From contig JAPDJH010000002.1 of the NCBI GenBank assembly GCA_029259175.1, positions 128,673-192,672 on the forward strand: DNA of 64,000 nt, in the 5' to 3' direction. Positions 29,133 through 39,241 of this stretch are shown here, piece after piece. The notes beneath the pieces are model-generated. The model saw only the letters and a list, made by a program, of their open reading frames with translations, did not search any database and had not been told where the DNA came from. Positions within the stretch are counted from its first letter, which is position 1, and each line of letters starts with the position of its first letter. Source of the stretch: Hadesarchaea archaeon (GTDB taxonomy: Archaea; Hadarchaeota; Hadarchaeia; Hadarchaeales; Hadarchaeaceae). The translations under genes were made by a program, and so were the position numbers.

Positions 29133-31061
29133 TAAAGACGCGATCGTGAAAACCACACTCGAGAGCACCGCGGACTTTGCCACCAGCGACCACAATTCGA
29201 CACTGTCTCCCGGCGCCTTGATCACGGCGATATATCGGGCAATCACGGCCGAAAGCAATATGCTGGTCAGTCCCATAACTAAGCGCAGCAGAGAGAGTTC
29301 TGCGGCCTCCATCGCACCAATCATGAGCGGAACCCCTGCAACACCGGCAGCAGACATCTGAGCAGCGAGCGTGTACTTCATTCCCGACATGAAATTCATC
29401 ACCCACACAGCCATTGCACACACCACCGGAATGAGAACTACTGACACGAGCCAGAGATTGCTCATCGCCTCATCAATACGTTCTCTAAACCTGCGTTCCA
29501 CACGCTGCAGCGTTCGGAGAAACTCCGCCGCCAGCATGCAAGCTCTTCCGGCTGCGGCTTCGTTGTCTCGTCTTATTCGAGAAATTATGTGGAGAAACCC
29601 TGCTATGACCGGATTGTAACGCTGGCGATGCACGATGGCCTCTTTCATGTTCATGCCGAATTCGTTCATACGCGAGCTTGCACCTTTCAGTTCGCTGGCT
29701 AGCGGCGACCCCTCCATGAGTTCTGCAGCCTCCACCATCGCGACCTGAGCCGGCTTTCCATCTAGCATTCTGGATCCAATCGTATTCAGAGCGTTTGCCC
29801 AATCCGAGACTTTTCTTCGTTCCTCATCGCGCGCCGCTCGTCTGTTCCTCGCGTACGCGTATCCATACACTCCGAGAGCTGCTCCGACTCCCCATACTAG
29901 CCACATGGTGGAAAAGCTCAGTGCGATTTGTCCCACCACTCCTTCTCTCACTCCGACCAAGTAGAGGACCCCAGGCCACCCCAGCGCCAGAAAACACACA
30001 AGTAGGATCACCCAGCTCGGAAACACGCGCGTGCCTATTCGGAGCTTTCCCGGCGGTGGTAAGCGCGGGTCGTCCTTCCAGCTTTCTATGATCTGGACCG
30101 TGGCAGGCCTGTTTCGCTCCATGTAAAGCGTGAACGCCGCAAACGAGACCACGAGAGCAGCAGCGATACCCACGAAAAACTTTAGGTCAACCAGCTGGAC
30201 ACCAATCATGCTGAAAACTGGAGAAAGACCCACAGCTCCGATAATAGCCAGCGATCCAAAGGTTAGAAAGGCTAGAGTGGGCATCACAAGCGAGCCCAGC
30301 TTTTTTGTGAGTTGTTCTTCCGATCCCTCGAGCACACGGTTGGGCGCTTTAGCGATATCCATGATTCGCATGCTTTCGTCCTTTGTACCCGAGGATCGGA
30401 GAATGTCGAAGATGGCTTGGCGCACATTGTCATCAATCTCGCCCCATTCATTCGCTACAGACACCAACAAATGACGCACGGTTTCAAAGCGTCTCCGCTC
30501 ATCGAGTTCAAAAAGTCCCCGTTGCAAATCCTCCGCCAGTTTTCCTTCGCTGGCATCGGCAGCGTAGACCGTGGCTCCTCGGAGATCTGGTTTGTGGTAG
30601 AGGAAAAAGCTCAACAACATAACGGTGTTTATAGCCAGACTCTGTGCCTGTGCCCTGCGCGTAGAAGCCCGCACGGAGGGGTAGAGCTGAAAGACCAGCC
30701 CACTTAGACCTCCGAGCACCGACCCGAGTATTGGGAGATACAGAGTCTCTAACAGATCCCCTGATACGAGCCAGAGTATGAGAAAGGGGAGTATGGGCAG
30801 AAAAAAACTGAACAGCATCCCTGCTGCCCACTCTTCGTCACTCAGCTGCAGTCCTGAGTCTTTCAGATCTTTTTTCGTTCGTTCGCTAACTCGGTACTCG
30901 CGTACCAAAGCTCCAATGATTTTCCTCGCAAATCTGCAAAACTTCTCATAAAGGGTGTGTCGGCGTTTTGCTTTTTTTCTCTCGAAAACCCTGCGAACAT
31001 CCTCTGGTATCGGAAACTCTGTTGGAAGGGACTCTATTGTTTTTTCAGCCAAGCGCGCCAC
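29109..31061 (-). CDS. Type II secretion system F-domain polytopic membrane protein (FlaJ/TadC-like pilus-assembly platform)
   Basis: The 650-aa product has three TM clusters separated by two cytoplasmic domains of ~150-170 aa, which is FlaJ/TadC topology. It overlaps the upstream secretion ATPase gene. Confidence 0.55.
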   Translation of the reverse strand: MARLAEKTIESLPTEFPIPEDVRRVFERKKAKRRHTLYEKFCRFARKIIGALVREYRVSERTKKDLKDSGLQLSDEEWAAGMLFSFFLPILPFLILWLVSGDLLETLYLPILGSVLGGLSGLVFQLYPSVRASTRRAQAQSLAINTVMLLSFFLYHKPDLRGATVYAADASEGKLAEDLQRGLFELDERRRFETVRHLLVSVANEWGEIDDNVRQAIFDILRSSGTKDESMRIMDIAKAPNRVLEGSEEQLTKKLGSLVMPTLAFLTFGSLAIIGAVGLSPVFSMIGVQLVDLKFFVGIAAALVVSFAAFTLYMERNRPATVQIIESWKDDPRLPPPGKLRIGTRVFPSWVILLVCFLALGWPGVLYLVGVREGVVGQIALSFSTMWLVWGVGAALGVYGYAYARNRRAARDEERRKVSDWANALNTIGSRMLDGKPAQVAMVEAAELMEGSPLASELKGASSRMNEFGMNMKEAIVHRQRYNPVIAGFLHIISRIRRDNEAAAGRACMLAAEFLRTLQRVERRFRERIDEAMSNLWLVSVVLIPVVCAMAVWVMNFMSGMKYTLAAQMSAAGVAGVPLMIGAMEAAELSLLRLVMGLTSILLSAVIARYIAVIKAPGDSVELWSLVAKSAVLSSVVFTIASLLLIWVLG

Positions 31062-33226
31062 TCTCCGAGTACTCGCTTGATATGGGGACCGTGCTGTTTG
31101 AGCAACGTGAAGTACACACCGTAGGCTTTGCTAACAAACGGAAGCTCAAGCACTTCTGGTTTCTGTTTGGAAAGCTGAAGCAGGTCGGACTTCACCCGGG
31201 CTTCCAAGAGTAGTTGTTTCAAGAAGTCGTCATCCTTGATGCCCAGTCTTCTGCATAGCTCAGGGATCAGGTGACTACCACCACGGCTGGGTGGAGCGAA
31301 TCGCACTTTTTTCGCCGTTTTGGAGAGGTCAAGTTTGGAAAGGTCGAAGGAGTTGAGCTGTTTTATTAGCCGTCTATCTCCGACGAGCAAGTTTTTCACC
31401 AATAGCAAATCCCGGCTCCGATCGTCTGCGAATAGTTCTACGTAACGCGGCTCTTCTCTCCAGTCCTTCCGCACTTCTGCGATCTCAACGATACGCCTGA
31501 TGGTACCACTGGGCGTCGAGAACCGGGCCGTGCTGACAATCAAGTCGATATAACGAAAAGCGGCTTCGTGCAGGCCCATAATGTGCACAACGAGATCGAA
31601 AACCTCTCTCTTACTGCGCGCGTGAAAACTCGCCACCACAGGCTGGGAGCCTTGACGAGCAGCAGCACCGAGCGCTGCACGAACGGCAGATGCCTCCCGG
31701 ACTTCCGTGATGAGCCAGTAGCTGGCTCCTCCGCGCAAAAACGCGTTGATTTGCCTTTCCAAGTGCTCTGGATCAGATATTCTAACATTTGCGATTTTGT
31801 AGCCGTGTTGTAGGAACTCCTCCACATGGAGTTCTTCGGTATCTTGGAAGGTCACTATGCGGTGTTGAGGTCCGATTTCCGGAATGTATGTCTCGACTTG
31901 TGATGTTTTTGCCGTTCCCATCTCCCCGATAACGAACACGCTAGATCCAAGTCTTAACACATTGCTGAGAAACGAACTAGCCAAGGGGGTGAGCGTGCGT
32001 CGGGAAAGGAAAAGCGGCTGGGTCCAAGGATTCGATCTCCGCTTGCGAACTGCCAGCTCAACGCTGCGTGCCCATATGGCGGGGTATCGGCTGAGAAACA
32101 GCCTCATGCCCAGCTCCGGAATCTCGGCGTCAAGCTGCGGCCTCACTTCGTCGAAGGAACTGCCGAGTCTTGAGGCCAGCACCTCTCCCAAACCAAGCAC
32201 CGAGGGCGTGTCCCAGCGTATTCCGGTCTCTAGCTTGCCCCATCGCTCGTGCTCTACGTATATGGGTTGGAGCTCTGGCGGAGCCGAGACATAGATATCA
32301 GTGATATAATCGTCGTAAGCGAAGGGATCGAGCACACGATAGGTGAGCCACCGAGCGATCATGTTGGCGAGTCTCTCTATTTGGTCATTTGAAATTTGGA
32401 GTTTTTTCTCCTTCAGCAGATGGAGGAGCACCAAATACCAGTCCTGCGCAAATGAGAACATCCGGTCTGAATATGCAAAACGTGCATGACCCGGCGCCTC
32501 CTCGAGCTTGTAATTGAACGCACGATATAACAGAGCCAGCTGATCCGAAGGAAGCTTAAACTCTGGTAGCTCAAGCTCGTAGAATCCTACGGGGTTGTCA
32601 GGGCGCTCGTAGATCTTCACTATCCCGCGGTTTTCCCGGAGCTTGTAGCTATCGATCAGCTTCGCGTTTTTCGGCGGCGTGCTCCACACGCCTTCAACGA
32701 AAAAGGGCTTTTGTCTTTCCTCAAAAACTCTCGGGTAGGAGTCTTCGTTCAATTCTTTCAAAAACTTGAGGGGTGCAAAGAGACCGTTCAACACCCGCAA
32801 CAGTTTCGCCAAGTGTTTTTCAACACACTCTCTACATTTTTTCGTGTTTTCACGCGGTTTTAATCGCAACATTTGTTTAAGTTCTCTGGCCCGATGAGGA
32901 TTTCTCTCGATTTCGGCGAATACCCGGAGTAGCTTTTCCTTTTGTTCGCGAATACACTCCCGGCACCGTTTGGAGGGTGCTGATGGATAGTACGATTCGT
33001 CCAGCACCGTTCGCTTCGCTCGGGCTATGGTGTGGGCCAAGACGGATAGTCTCTCGGTGCAGAACACGTGTGTGACGGGAGCACGTAGGACTACTTGGTG
33101 AACGGGTGGCTGGGTTTCTAGCTCCTTCAGAACAGCTGCTCGAACATTTGGGTTTTCAAGCGAGGCTTCTACTCCTTCAAACACAGCAACTTTGAGAGGC
33201 CCAGAGTCCTTTATCTCGACGCGCAT
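31034..33226 (-). CDS. Type II/IV secretion-system ATPase (FlaI/VirB11/TadA family), unusually long with N-terminal Cys-repeat extension
   Basis: There is a P-loop-like GEMGTAKTS and an Asp box RIVTFQDTEEL. Duplicated KRCRECIREQKEKLLRV / KKCRECVEKHLAKLLRV modules lie near the N-terminus. Confidence 0.7.
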   Translation of the reverse strand: MRVEIKDSGPLKVAVFEGVEASLENPNVRAAVLKELETQPPVHQVVLRAPVTHVFCTERLSVLAHTIARAKRTVLDESYYPSAPSKRCRECIREQKEKLLRVFAEIERNPHRARELKQMLRLKPRENTKKCRECVEKHLAKLLRVLNGLFAPLKFLKELNEDSYPRVFEERQKPFFVEGVWSTPPKNAKLIDSYKLRENRGIVKIYERPDNPVGFYELELPEFKLPSDQLALLYRAFNYKLEEAPGHARFAYSDRMFSFAQDWYLVLLHLLKEKKLQISNDQIERLANMIARWLTYRVLDPFAYDDYITDIYVSAPPELQPIYVEHERWGKLETGIRWDTPSVLGLGEVLASRLGSSFDEVRPQLDAEIPELGMRLFLSRYPAIWARSVELAVRKRRSNPWTQPLFLSRRTLTPLASSFLSNVLRLGSSVFVIGEMGTAKTSQVETYIPEIGPQHRIVTFQDTEELHVEEFLQHGYKIANVRISDPEHLERQINAFLRGGASYWLITEVREASAVRAALGAAARQGSQPVVASFHARSKREVFDLVVHIMGLHEAAFRYIDLIVSTARFSTPSGTIRRIVEIAEVRKDWREEPRYVELFADDRSRDLLLVKNLLVGDRRLIKQLNSFDLSKLDLSKTAKKVRFAPPSRGGSHLIPELCRRLGIKDDDFLKQLLLEARVKSDLLQLSKQKPEVLELPFVSKAYGVYFTLLKQHGPHIKRVLGEWRAWLKKQ

Positions 33227-33280
33227 CCGAACTCAATACCTTGTGTTAGTGCGTTGTTAAAAGCTTCTGCCAGTAAAACA

Positions 33281-33553
33281 TTATCCTTCAGCAGGGGGAG
33301 AAATGGAAATCTCGTCTTTGTGTTTGAGCCTGGTGTGGATATCGCGCATGCGCCGACCATTCAATAAAATAGTGTAGTCCTGGCGGAGTTCGCCAGTCGT
33401 GGGATCCAACACGTACTCTACGAGCCGGGGGTATCGGCGGCTGATCTTCATCATCAGGGTATCGAGTGTTTCGAACTCCGAAATCTTGACTCTTATTTCC
33501 TCGGTTCCTATCTCGGACTTGAAACTCGGGTGTACGCGAATGATCACTTCCAT
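33281..33553 (-). CDS. MoaD/ThiS-like beta-grasp small protein ending ...ISPPAEG (single C-terminal Gly)
   Basis: EVIIRVHPSFKSEIGTEE...ILLNGRRM...DEISISPP matches the MoaD fold pattern. Confidence 0.5.
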   Translation of the reverse strand: MEVIIRVHPSFKSEIGTEEIRVKISEFETLDTLMMKISRRYPRLVEYVLDPTTGELRQDYTILLNGRRMRDIHTRLKHKDEISISPPAEG

Positions 33554-33621
33554 TCAAATCCCTGCTTTCGGAGCCTCACCCATAAACTACAGAGTTGCGG
33601 TAATAAATCCTAATGGTTCGC

Positions 33622-34041
33622 TTACGCCACATAGGACGGCTGCTCCTTGTCTTTAGGTGGCTGTTTTTGACCGATGTGAGGCAGGGGGATGGGTGGCGGA
33701 ATATTCAGAGAGCGGGAGAGAACCGTAGCCTCCACTAGCGAGGTCGTAGTGATAGCTTGAAGCAAATTCGGCGGCGGTGGGCGCTTTGCATCATAATCGG
33801 ACTTGAGTTGCTGGAGTTCTTCCGGTTTTCCGCTCACAAAGGCCTCCCCCTTGATGTTTATTTGAGCGACTGATGGGGAATACGTGATCGATACGACAAA
33901 CGGAACTATTAGGCCTGCTTCTTTTTCCTCCACACGCACCACATTCACGTTCGTCTGGATGTGGACTGGTCCTTGAGGGGCCTGTTGAATGAGGCGTTCG
34001 GCCGAGAGGTAGTTGAGTTGGATTTTTATCTGCATCAACAC
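33622..34041 (-). CDS. Hypothetical soluble protein (139 aa) with Pro-rich C-terminus
   Basis: This is an ORF only. It is co-oriented with, and immediately upstream of, the beta-grasp and ATPase genes. Confidence 0.4.
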   Translation of the reverse strand: MLMQIKIQLNYLSAERLIQQAPQGPVHIQTNVNVVRVEEKEAGLIVPFVVSITYSPSVAQINIKGEAFVSGKPEELQQLKSDYDAKRPPPPNLLQAITTTSLVEATVLSRSLNIPPPIPLPHIGQKQPPKDKEQPSYVA

Positions 34042-34074
34042 TCTCTATCATTTCCAACGACTTAAATCCGACGG

Positions 34075-35388
34075 TTAGAACTCTATTATGCTTTTGACCG
34101 CCAGCTCGCGTTGGAGCGGTTTCGCCAGATGTCTTCGTGCCCTTGGCGGCACCTCAAATTTGCCCACCCGGATCCCACGTGAAAGCTCCTCAATTGTAGC
34201 CGCGGTAGGCGGGGCCCGCTCCTTACATTTCTTGCACACATATCCTTTTCCGCGCCCTTCTGATTTCATTCTCTTACCACATTTTGGACACTTGGGATTT
34301 CGTTTAACCGTTTTCTTCGCCAATTCCAAGATTTCTATCTTTTCCAAGTTCAAGGTGAGAGGTAAGCTAGGTTTTTGTTTTACTCCTCCATGGACGATCA
34401 CTCGGTCCCCAGGGATCAACTGTTTTACCACCGTTCTGAAAATCCTAGTCGGCTCATAGGCTGCGCAGTGAATCGTGCCAGTCGAGTCGCGGATTTCTAC
34501 GATCACGTGGCCCCCAGCGATGATTCGCGGCTTTGAAGCGATTTCTCCCTCGATGGAGTAGGAGCGCAGCGGACTTACCTCAGCGATTTTTGCGGAAACC
34601 AAATGCTCGTCGGTTCCTTGGTTGGTCTTGAAAATTTGAACTCTTTCTATAGGTTCTCCCGTTTTCACCAACTGATGCGCCTTTTTCAAAACCGCTGGGG
34701 ATTCGCCTCTGATCCCATACAGCACGGGACAAGGAGTGTGGGGTGTTATCCGGATCTCGCCCGTCCATGGATCGAGGTTGTCAAAGGTAAGAGGGGACGT
34801 GAGTTTGTCCATCCGCTTGACCGAATCCGGATCCACTTTTCTTGGCTTCCCCCTATTTTCAGGGGTTCTATAAGCGACCAGCTCGTATGTGAAGTCGTTA
34901 GTTAGGGGGTGCCCGATGGCCGCTAGAGCTCCGATCACACCATTTCCCGCGCGAAACTTGTGGGTTTCAATCCCCAGCTTGTTCGCCATGCTTTCGGCCT
35001 CCTTCAAGTCGACGATATCCTTCACCACTCGATACGCAAACGTTACTAGTTCTTCCGGAGGAGTTTTCTTGGACATAAAAGCCACACCCGGGTTGGTTCG
35101 GTCATCCTTTTCTGCCAGCTCCTCAACGGTTTTCAGCACTATTTCTTTCACCTCCGACACCTGATCCGGTGGACAACCTACGAGAAATGCCACCGCACAG
35201 TTTCCACGAGTTTTCTGGGGCCAACACGGGTTCAATCGAATTAGTTTTGGAAAGTCGAGCAGAGCGCATCCTAGCCTTTGGAGACGTTGAATGGCGACGG
35301 CCCCCACGTAAGTGGTGCACATGCCACGTGGCGAGTCTGTATCATCGATTCCCGCATACAGAGGAACGGTGTTCACAGATACCACCAA
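34075..35388 (-). CDS. tiaS: tRNA(Ile2) 2-agmatinylcytidine synthetase TiaS
   Basis: GIDDTDSPRGMCTTY is the N-terminal kinase-like motif. The C-terminal zinc ribbon is CPKCGKRM...CKKC. Confidence 0.75.
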   Translation of the reverse strand: MVVSVNTVPLYAGIDDTDSPRGMCTTYVGAVAIQRLQRLGCALLDFPKLIRLNPCWPQKTRGNCAVAFLVGCPPDQVSEVKEIVLKTVEELAEKDDRTNPGVAFMSKKTPPEELVTFAYRVVKDIVDLKEAESMANKLGIETHKFRAGNGVIGALAAIGHPLTNDFTYELVAYRTPENRGKPRKVDPDSVKRMDKLTSPLTFDNLDPWTGEIRITPHTPCPVLYGIRGESPAVLKKAHQLVKTGEPIERVQIFKTNQGTDEHLVSAKIAEVSPLRSYSIEGEIASKPRIIAGGHVIVEIRDSTGTIHCAAYEPTRIFRTVVKQLIPGDRVIVHGGVKQKPSLPLTLNLEKIEILELAKKTVKRNPKCPKCGKRMKSEGRGKGYVCKKCKERAPPTAATIEELSRGIRVGKFEVPPRARRHLAKPLQRELAVKSIIEF

Positions 35389-35466
35389 GCGTTAGATTTG
35401 CGTGCCCAAATATCCTCGTTTTCCAAAAAACTTTTGAATACCGGGTGATAAGCATAAGAGAGCACC

Positions 35467-36747
35467 ATGCGCGCGTTGGTTGTCATATGCGACGGCATGT
35501 CCGACCGCCCAGTTCCGGAGCTTGCGAACAAGACTCCACTTGAGATCGCCCATACGCCAAATATGGATTGGCTCGCCAAGCACGGAATATGTGGTCAGAT
35601 GGATGCCATCGAGCCGGGAGTTCCGCCCGGGAGTGACACGGCGCACTTAGCCTTGCTGGGTTATAATCCCTATGAGGTGTACACTGGGCGTGGACCGTTT
35701 GAGGCAGCGGGAGCCGGCATAGAGCTCGAAGCTGGAGATGTGGCTTTCCGTGCCAACTTCGCTACTGTGGACAACTCGGGAGTGGTGGTCGATCGGCGTG
35801 CAGGACGAATCCAAGATACTGCGCCTTTGGAAAAGGCACTTCAGCAAATAAAGTTGAAAGGCGTACGCATGATATTCAGACGCACCGTGGGGCATCGTGG
35901 TGTGCTCGTGTTAAAGGGCTCTGGCCTCTCACATGAGGTTTCCGATTCCGATCCCCACGCAGAAGGAAAGAGACCGTTAGAAATTGTTCCGGCTTTGCGC
36001 GAACAAGAAACAGCGTTGCCCGGCTATCCCGTGATTGCTGGCGGGATGAGAAAATACGTGTTGCGCAGAAACAGAGCTGCCAAGACCGCCAAGCTCTTGA
36101 ACGAGTTTTCCAAAAAAGCGCACGAGATTTTGAAAAAACACGAACTGAACATGGAGCGAGAGCGTAAGGGGCTTCCTCCGGCCAATTACATCTTGTTACG
36201 CGGGGCCGGTGTAGTTCCCCACTTGGTTCCTTTGGAGAAACGATTGGGACTGAAAGGAGCGTGCGTCGCTGCTGCTGCCTTGGTGAAGGGGGTGTGCAGA
36301 CTAGCAGGGCTCACCGTAGTGGACGTTGCAGGTGCGACGGGAAACATTCACACCGATTTGAACGCAAAAGCCAAAGCATCGCTGAAACTGCTGGAAGATC
36401 ATGACTTTGTTCTCCTCCATATCAAAGGACTTGACGAAGCGGGGCATGACGGAAACGCGCGTGCCAAAGTCGAGTTCATTGAGCGCATCGATCAAATCCT
36501 GGCGCAGTTCTTGGACTCCGTGGATTATATAGTGGTCACCGCTGACCATTCAACACCTGTGAGTGTGAGAAACCATAGCGCTGATCCAGTTCCGGTGGTG
36601 ATTTATGGACCGGGGGTGCGTCGCGACGGAGTGGAGCGCTTCGGCGAGAGAGAAGTCGCAGGGGGAGGACTTGGCCGCATTCTGGGTCGTCATCTCCTCC
36701 CGATTCTGGCGGATCTTATGAACAAGAGTCACAAGTTCGGGGCCTGA
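35467..36747 (+). CDS. apgM: 2,3-bisphosphoglycerate-independent phosphoglycerate mutase, archaeal type (ApgM)
   Basis: [12 protein letters not shown]...HTPNMDWLA are ApgM signatures. Confidence 0.85.
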   Translation: MRALVVICDGMSDRPVPELANKTPLEIAHTPNMDWLAKHGICGQMDAIEPGVPPGSDTAHLALLGYNPYEVYTGRGPFEAAGAGIELEAGDVAFRANFATVDNSGVVVDRRAGRIQDTAPLEKALQQIKLKGVRMIFRRTVGHRGVLVLKGSGLSHEVSDSDPHAEGKRPLEIVPALREQETALPGYPVIAGGMRKYVLRRNRAAKTAKLLNEFSKKAHEILKKHELNMERERKGLPPANYILLRGAGVVPHLVPLEKRLGLKGACVAAAALVKGVCRLAGLTVVDVAGATGNIHTDLNAKAKASLKLLEDHDFVLLHIKGLDEAGHDGNARAKVEFIERIDQILAQFLDSVDYIVVTADHSTPVSVRNHSADPVPVVIYGPGVRRDGVERFGEREVAGGGLGRILGRHLLPILADLMNKSHKFGA

Positions 36748-37763
36748 GATTTCAATTTTTTGAGCTGGGAAGGTTTCACCACTCCGCGCTCTGTTATAAT
36801 CCCCATTATCAGCTCGGCCGGAGTCACATCAAATGCCGGATTGATGGCGTCGACCCCTCTGGGCAACACTCTGGTGCCTCCTATCCGCTCGATCTCCTGC
36901 GAATCACGGAATTCAATCGGTATACGCGTGCCGCTCGAGATTGAAAAGTCGACGGTGCTGAGGGGCGCGGCAACATAGAAAGGAACGCGGTGCCGGTGGG
37001 CGAGCACGGCAATATTGTAAGTACCGATTTTGTTTACCGTATCTCCGTTTCTTGCAATTCTGTCTGCACCGACAACCACGACATCGATTTCCTTCTGCGC
37101 CATCATGAAGCCGACTGCGCTGTCAACGATCACGCGAACGGGAATTCCTTCGCGTTTCAATTCCCACGCCGTCAGTCGTGCGCCTTGGAGCAAAGGCCTT
37201 GTTTCGGTAGCGATCACCCGGATGTTCTTGCCCTTCTCGTGAGCCGCCCTAATCACACCGAGCGCGGTACCATAGCCAGCCGTAGCCAACGCGCCAGCAT
37301 TGCAGTGAGTGAGCACTGTCGCTCCACGCGGAATGACCTTGGCCCCGTGTTCACCAATTTTGCGGTTTATTGCAATGTCTTCTTCGGCAATCCGAATGGC
37401 TTCCTCGATTGCCGCTTCTCTCATCTCCCTCACTGTTTCGCATCGCTGTGCTGCTTTGAGGACTCGGCGGATACCCACAAAAAGATTTACTGCTGTTGGC
37501 CTTGTCCGCTCAAGCCGTCTAGCGGCGGTTTTCAACACGCGCAGGAGTTCTGACCTAGAACGGGCTTTTGACCTGACCGCGGCCAGAGCGAGACCCATCC
37601 CTCCAGCCACCGCTAGGGCAGGGGCGCCTCGGATTTTCATTTGTTCTATGGCTCGCGCCACGTCTTCAACACTCTTGCAGACAACCTTCTTTGTGCGGTG
37701 GGGGAGAAGAGTCTGATCGATCAGGACTACACAATTTTTTTTCCATTCGATTGTCTTCATCAA
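36729..37763 (-). CDS. eIF-2B alpha/beta/delta-like family protein; candidate ribose-1,5-bisphosphate isomerase (or MTR-1-P isomerase)
   Basis: Family signatures were seen (GAPALAVAGG, VIATETRP, VGADRIARNGD). A type III RuBisCO is in the same window, which is consistent with the AMP/R15P pathway. Confidence 0.6.
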   Translation of the reverse strand: MMKTIEWKKNCVVLIDQTLLPHRTKKVVCKSVEDVARAIEQMKIRGAPALAVAGGMGLALAAVRSKARSRSELLRVLKTAARRLERTRPTAVNLFVGIRRVLKAAQRCETVREMREAAIEEAIRIAEEDIAINRKIGEHGAKVIPRGATVLTHCNAGALATAGYGTALGVIRAAHEKGKNIRVIATETRPLLQGARLTAWELKREGIPVRVIVDSAVGFMMAQKEIDVVVVGADRIARNGDTVNKIGTYNIAVLAHRHRVPFYVAAPLSTVDFSISSGTRIPIEFRDSQEIERIGGTRVLPRGVDAINPAFDVTPAELIMGIITERGVVKPSQLKKLKSQAPNL

Positions 37764-37813
37764 AACACACCCGGTTTCAAGATTTGAAAATTTATCTATA
37801 TGGTGAGAAAAAT

Positions 37814-39241
37814 ATGGTGAGGTCAGGTATGAGTCTCTTACGCCGTATTGCGAATCGTGCTGCTCAGACTATTAGGGATTTCAGAAACCGGGAAGTTGAA
37901 GTCATCTCACACATGGATGCCGATGGTGTGGCTGCTGCGGCGGTCATTTCTTTAGCTCTAGACCGCGAGGGAATAGAGCACCGAGTCAAATTCGTACGCA
38001 TGCTTTATCGCGAGGTGGTCGAGGATCTGGAACCAGCTGAACTCACCATTTTTACAGATTTGGGGAGTTCCCAGCTGGAGAACTTGAGCAGGAAGTACAG
38101 TGGACATCACGTGATCATTGCGGACCACCATCTGCCCGATGCAGGCTTTGAGTGGCCCGAGCTGGTTCACTTCAATGCCCACCGGATGGGAATAGACGGA
38201 ATGCAGGACATTAGCGGAGCGGGAATGGCGTACTTCATAGCAAGGGAATTATCTGGAAAAAATAAGGATCTTGCATCAATCGCTCTGGTGGGGGCTCTAG
38301 GCGATGTTCAAAACGCTTGGGGTTCTCTTACTGGACTGAACACCGAGATAGCGTCCGATGCCATAGAGATGGGATTGGTGAAGAAAGAACATGATTTGCT
38401 TCTTTATGGAAGACACTCGCGTCCCCTCTTCAAAGCGCTGGAAAACTTCAATGACCCCCCCATCCCGGGTGTGAGCGGATCCCCCGCTGGGTGCGTGTCG
38501 ATGCTCAAACAGCTGGATATTCCACTGAAATCGGGAGATCGCTGGCGCCGCCTTGTGGATCTCAGTTTGGCGGAGAAACAAAAGCTTGCTTCCGAACTGA
38601 TCGCAAGGATATTCCTTACCGTTCCACCAGAACTGGCCAGCTATGTCCCACGCTCGATCATGGGAGAGGTATACTCCCTGACCCAGGAGGAAGACAACAG
38701 CTTGCTGAAAGACGCTGAAGAATTCGCAACGTGTTTGAACTCGACCGCACGCCATGAGCAACCTGTGCTGGGACTAGAGGTGGCCAAAGGAGATCGCGGC
38801 GTTTACTACCGGGCCATGCTAAGGCTGATTCGGTACCACAGGCGCCAGATAGCCCAAGGGCTGGAGTTCATCGAGAGCACGGGTCTCTCCGAGGGGCCAC
38901 GAAAGTATCTTCAGTATTTCGACGCCACCGGGGTGATCAAAGAGACGTTTGTTGGAACTCTCACAAGCATGGCTCTGGGGTACCAGTACTCCAACCCATT
39001 CCGTCCGATCGTGGGCTTGGTGCGGAGCGATGGGGTGGCCAAGATATCGGCGAGGTGTTCAAAACTGCTATTTTTGCGTGGGCTCAACATGGGTTTGGCC
39101 ATAAGGGAAGCTGCGAAAAAAGTAGGGGGAGAGGGTGGCGGACACGCCGTTGCCTGCGGGGCCCAAATCGAAGAAAAGTTTCTACCGGAGTTCTTGAGCA
39201 AATTTGAAGAAATAATGCTCAATCAGCTCGCTCAGCACTAG
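37814..39241 (+). CDS. DHH/DHHA1 phosphoesterase, archaeal RecJ/GAN-like
   Basis: The DHH motif is ISHMDADGVAAAAV. The C-terminal DHHA1 motif is GGGH. The likely start is the ATG at 37814. Confidence 0.7.
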   Translation: MVRSGMSLLRRIANRAAQTIRDFRNREVEVISHMDADGVAAAAVISLALDREGIEHRVKFVRMLYREVVEDLEPAELTIFTDLGSSQLENLSRKYSGHHVIIADHHLPDAGFEWPELVHFNAHRMGIDGMQDISGAGMAYFIARELSGKNKDLASIALVGALGDVQNAWGSLTGLNTEIASDAIEMGLVKKEHDLLLYGRHSRPLFKALENFNDPPIPGVSGSPAGCVSMLKQLDIPLKSGDRWRRLVDLSLAEKQKLASELIARIFLTVPPELASYVPRSIMGEVYSLTQEEDNSLLKDAEEFATCLNSTARHEQPVLGLEVAKGDRGVYYRAMLRLIRYHRRQIAQGLEFIESTGLSEGPRKYLQYFDATGVIKETFVGTLTSMALGYQYSNPFRPIVGLVRSDGVAKISARCSKLLFLRGLNMGLAIREAAKKVGGEGGGHAVACGAQIEEKFLPEFLSKFEEIMLNQLAQH

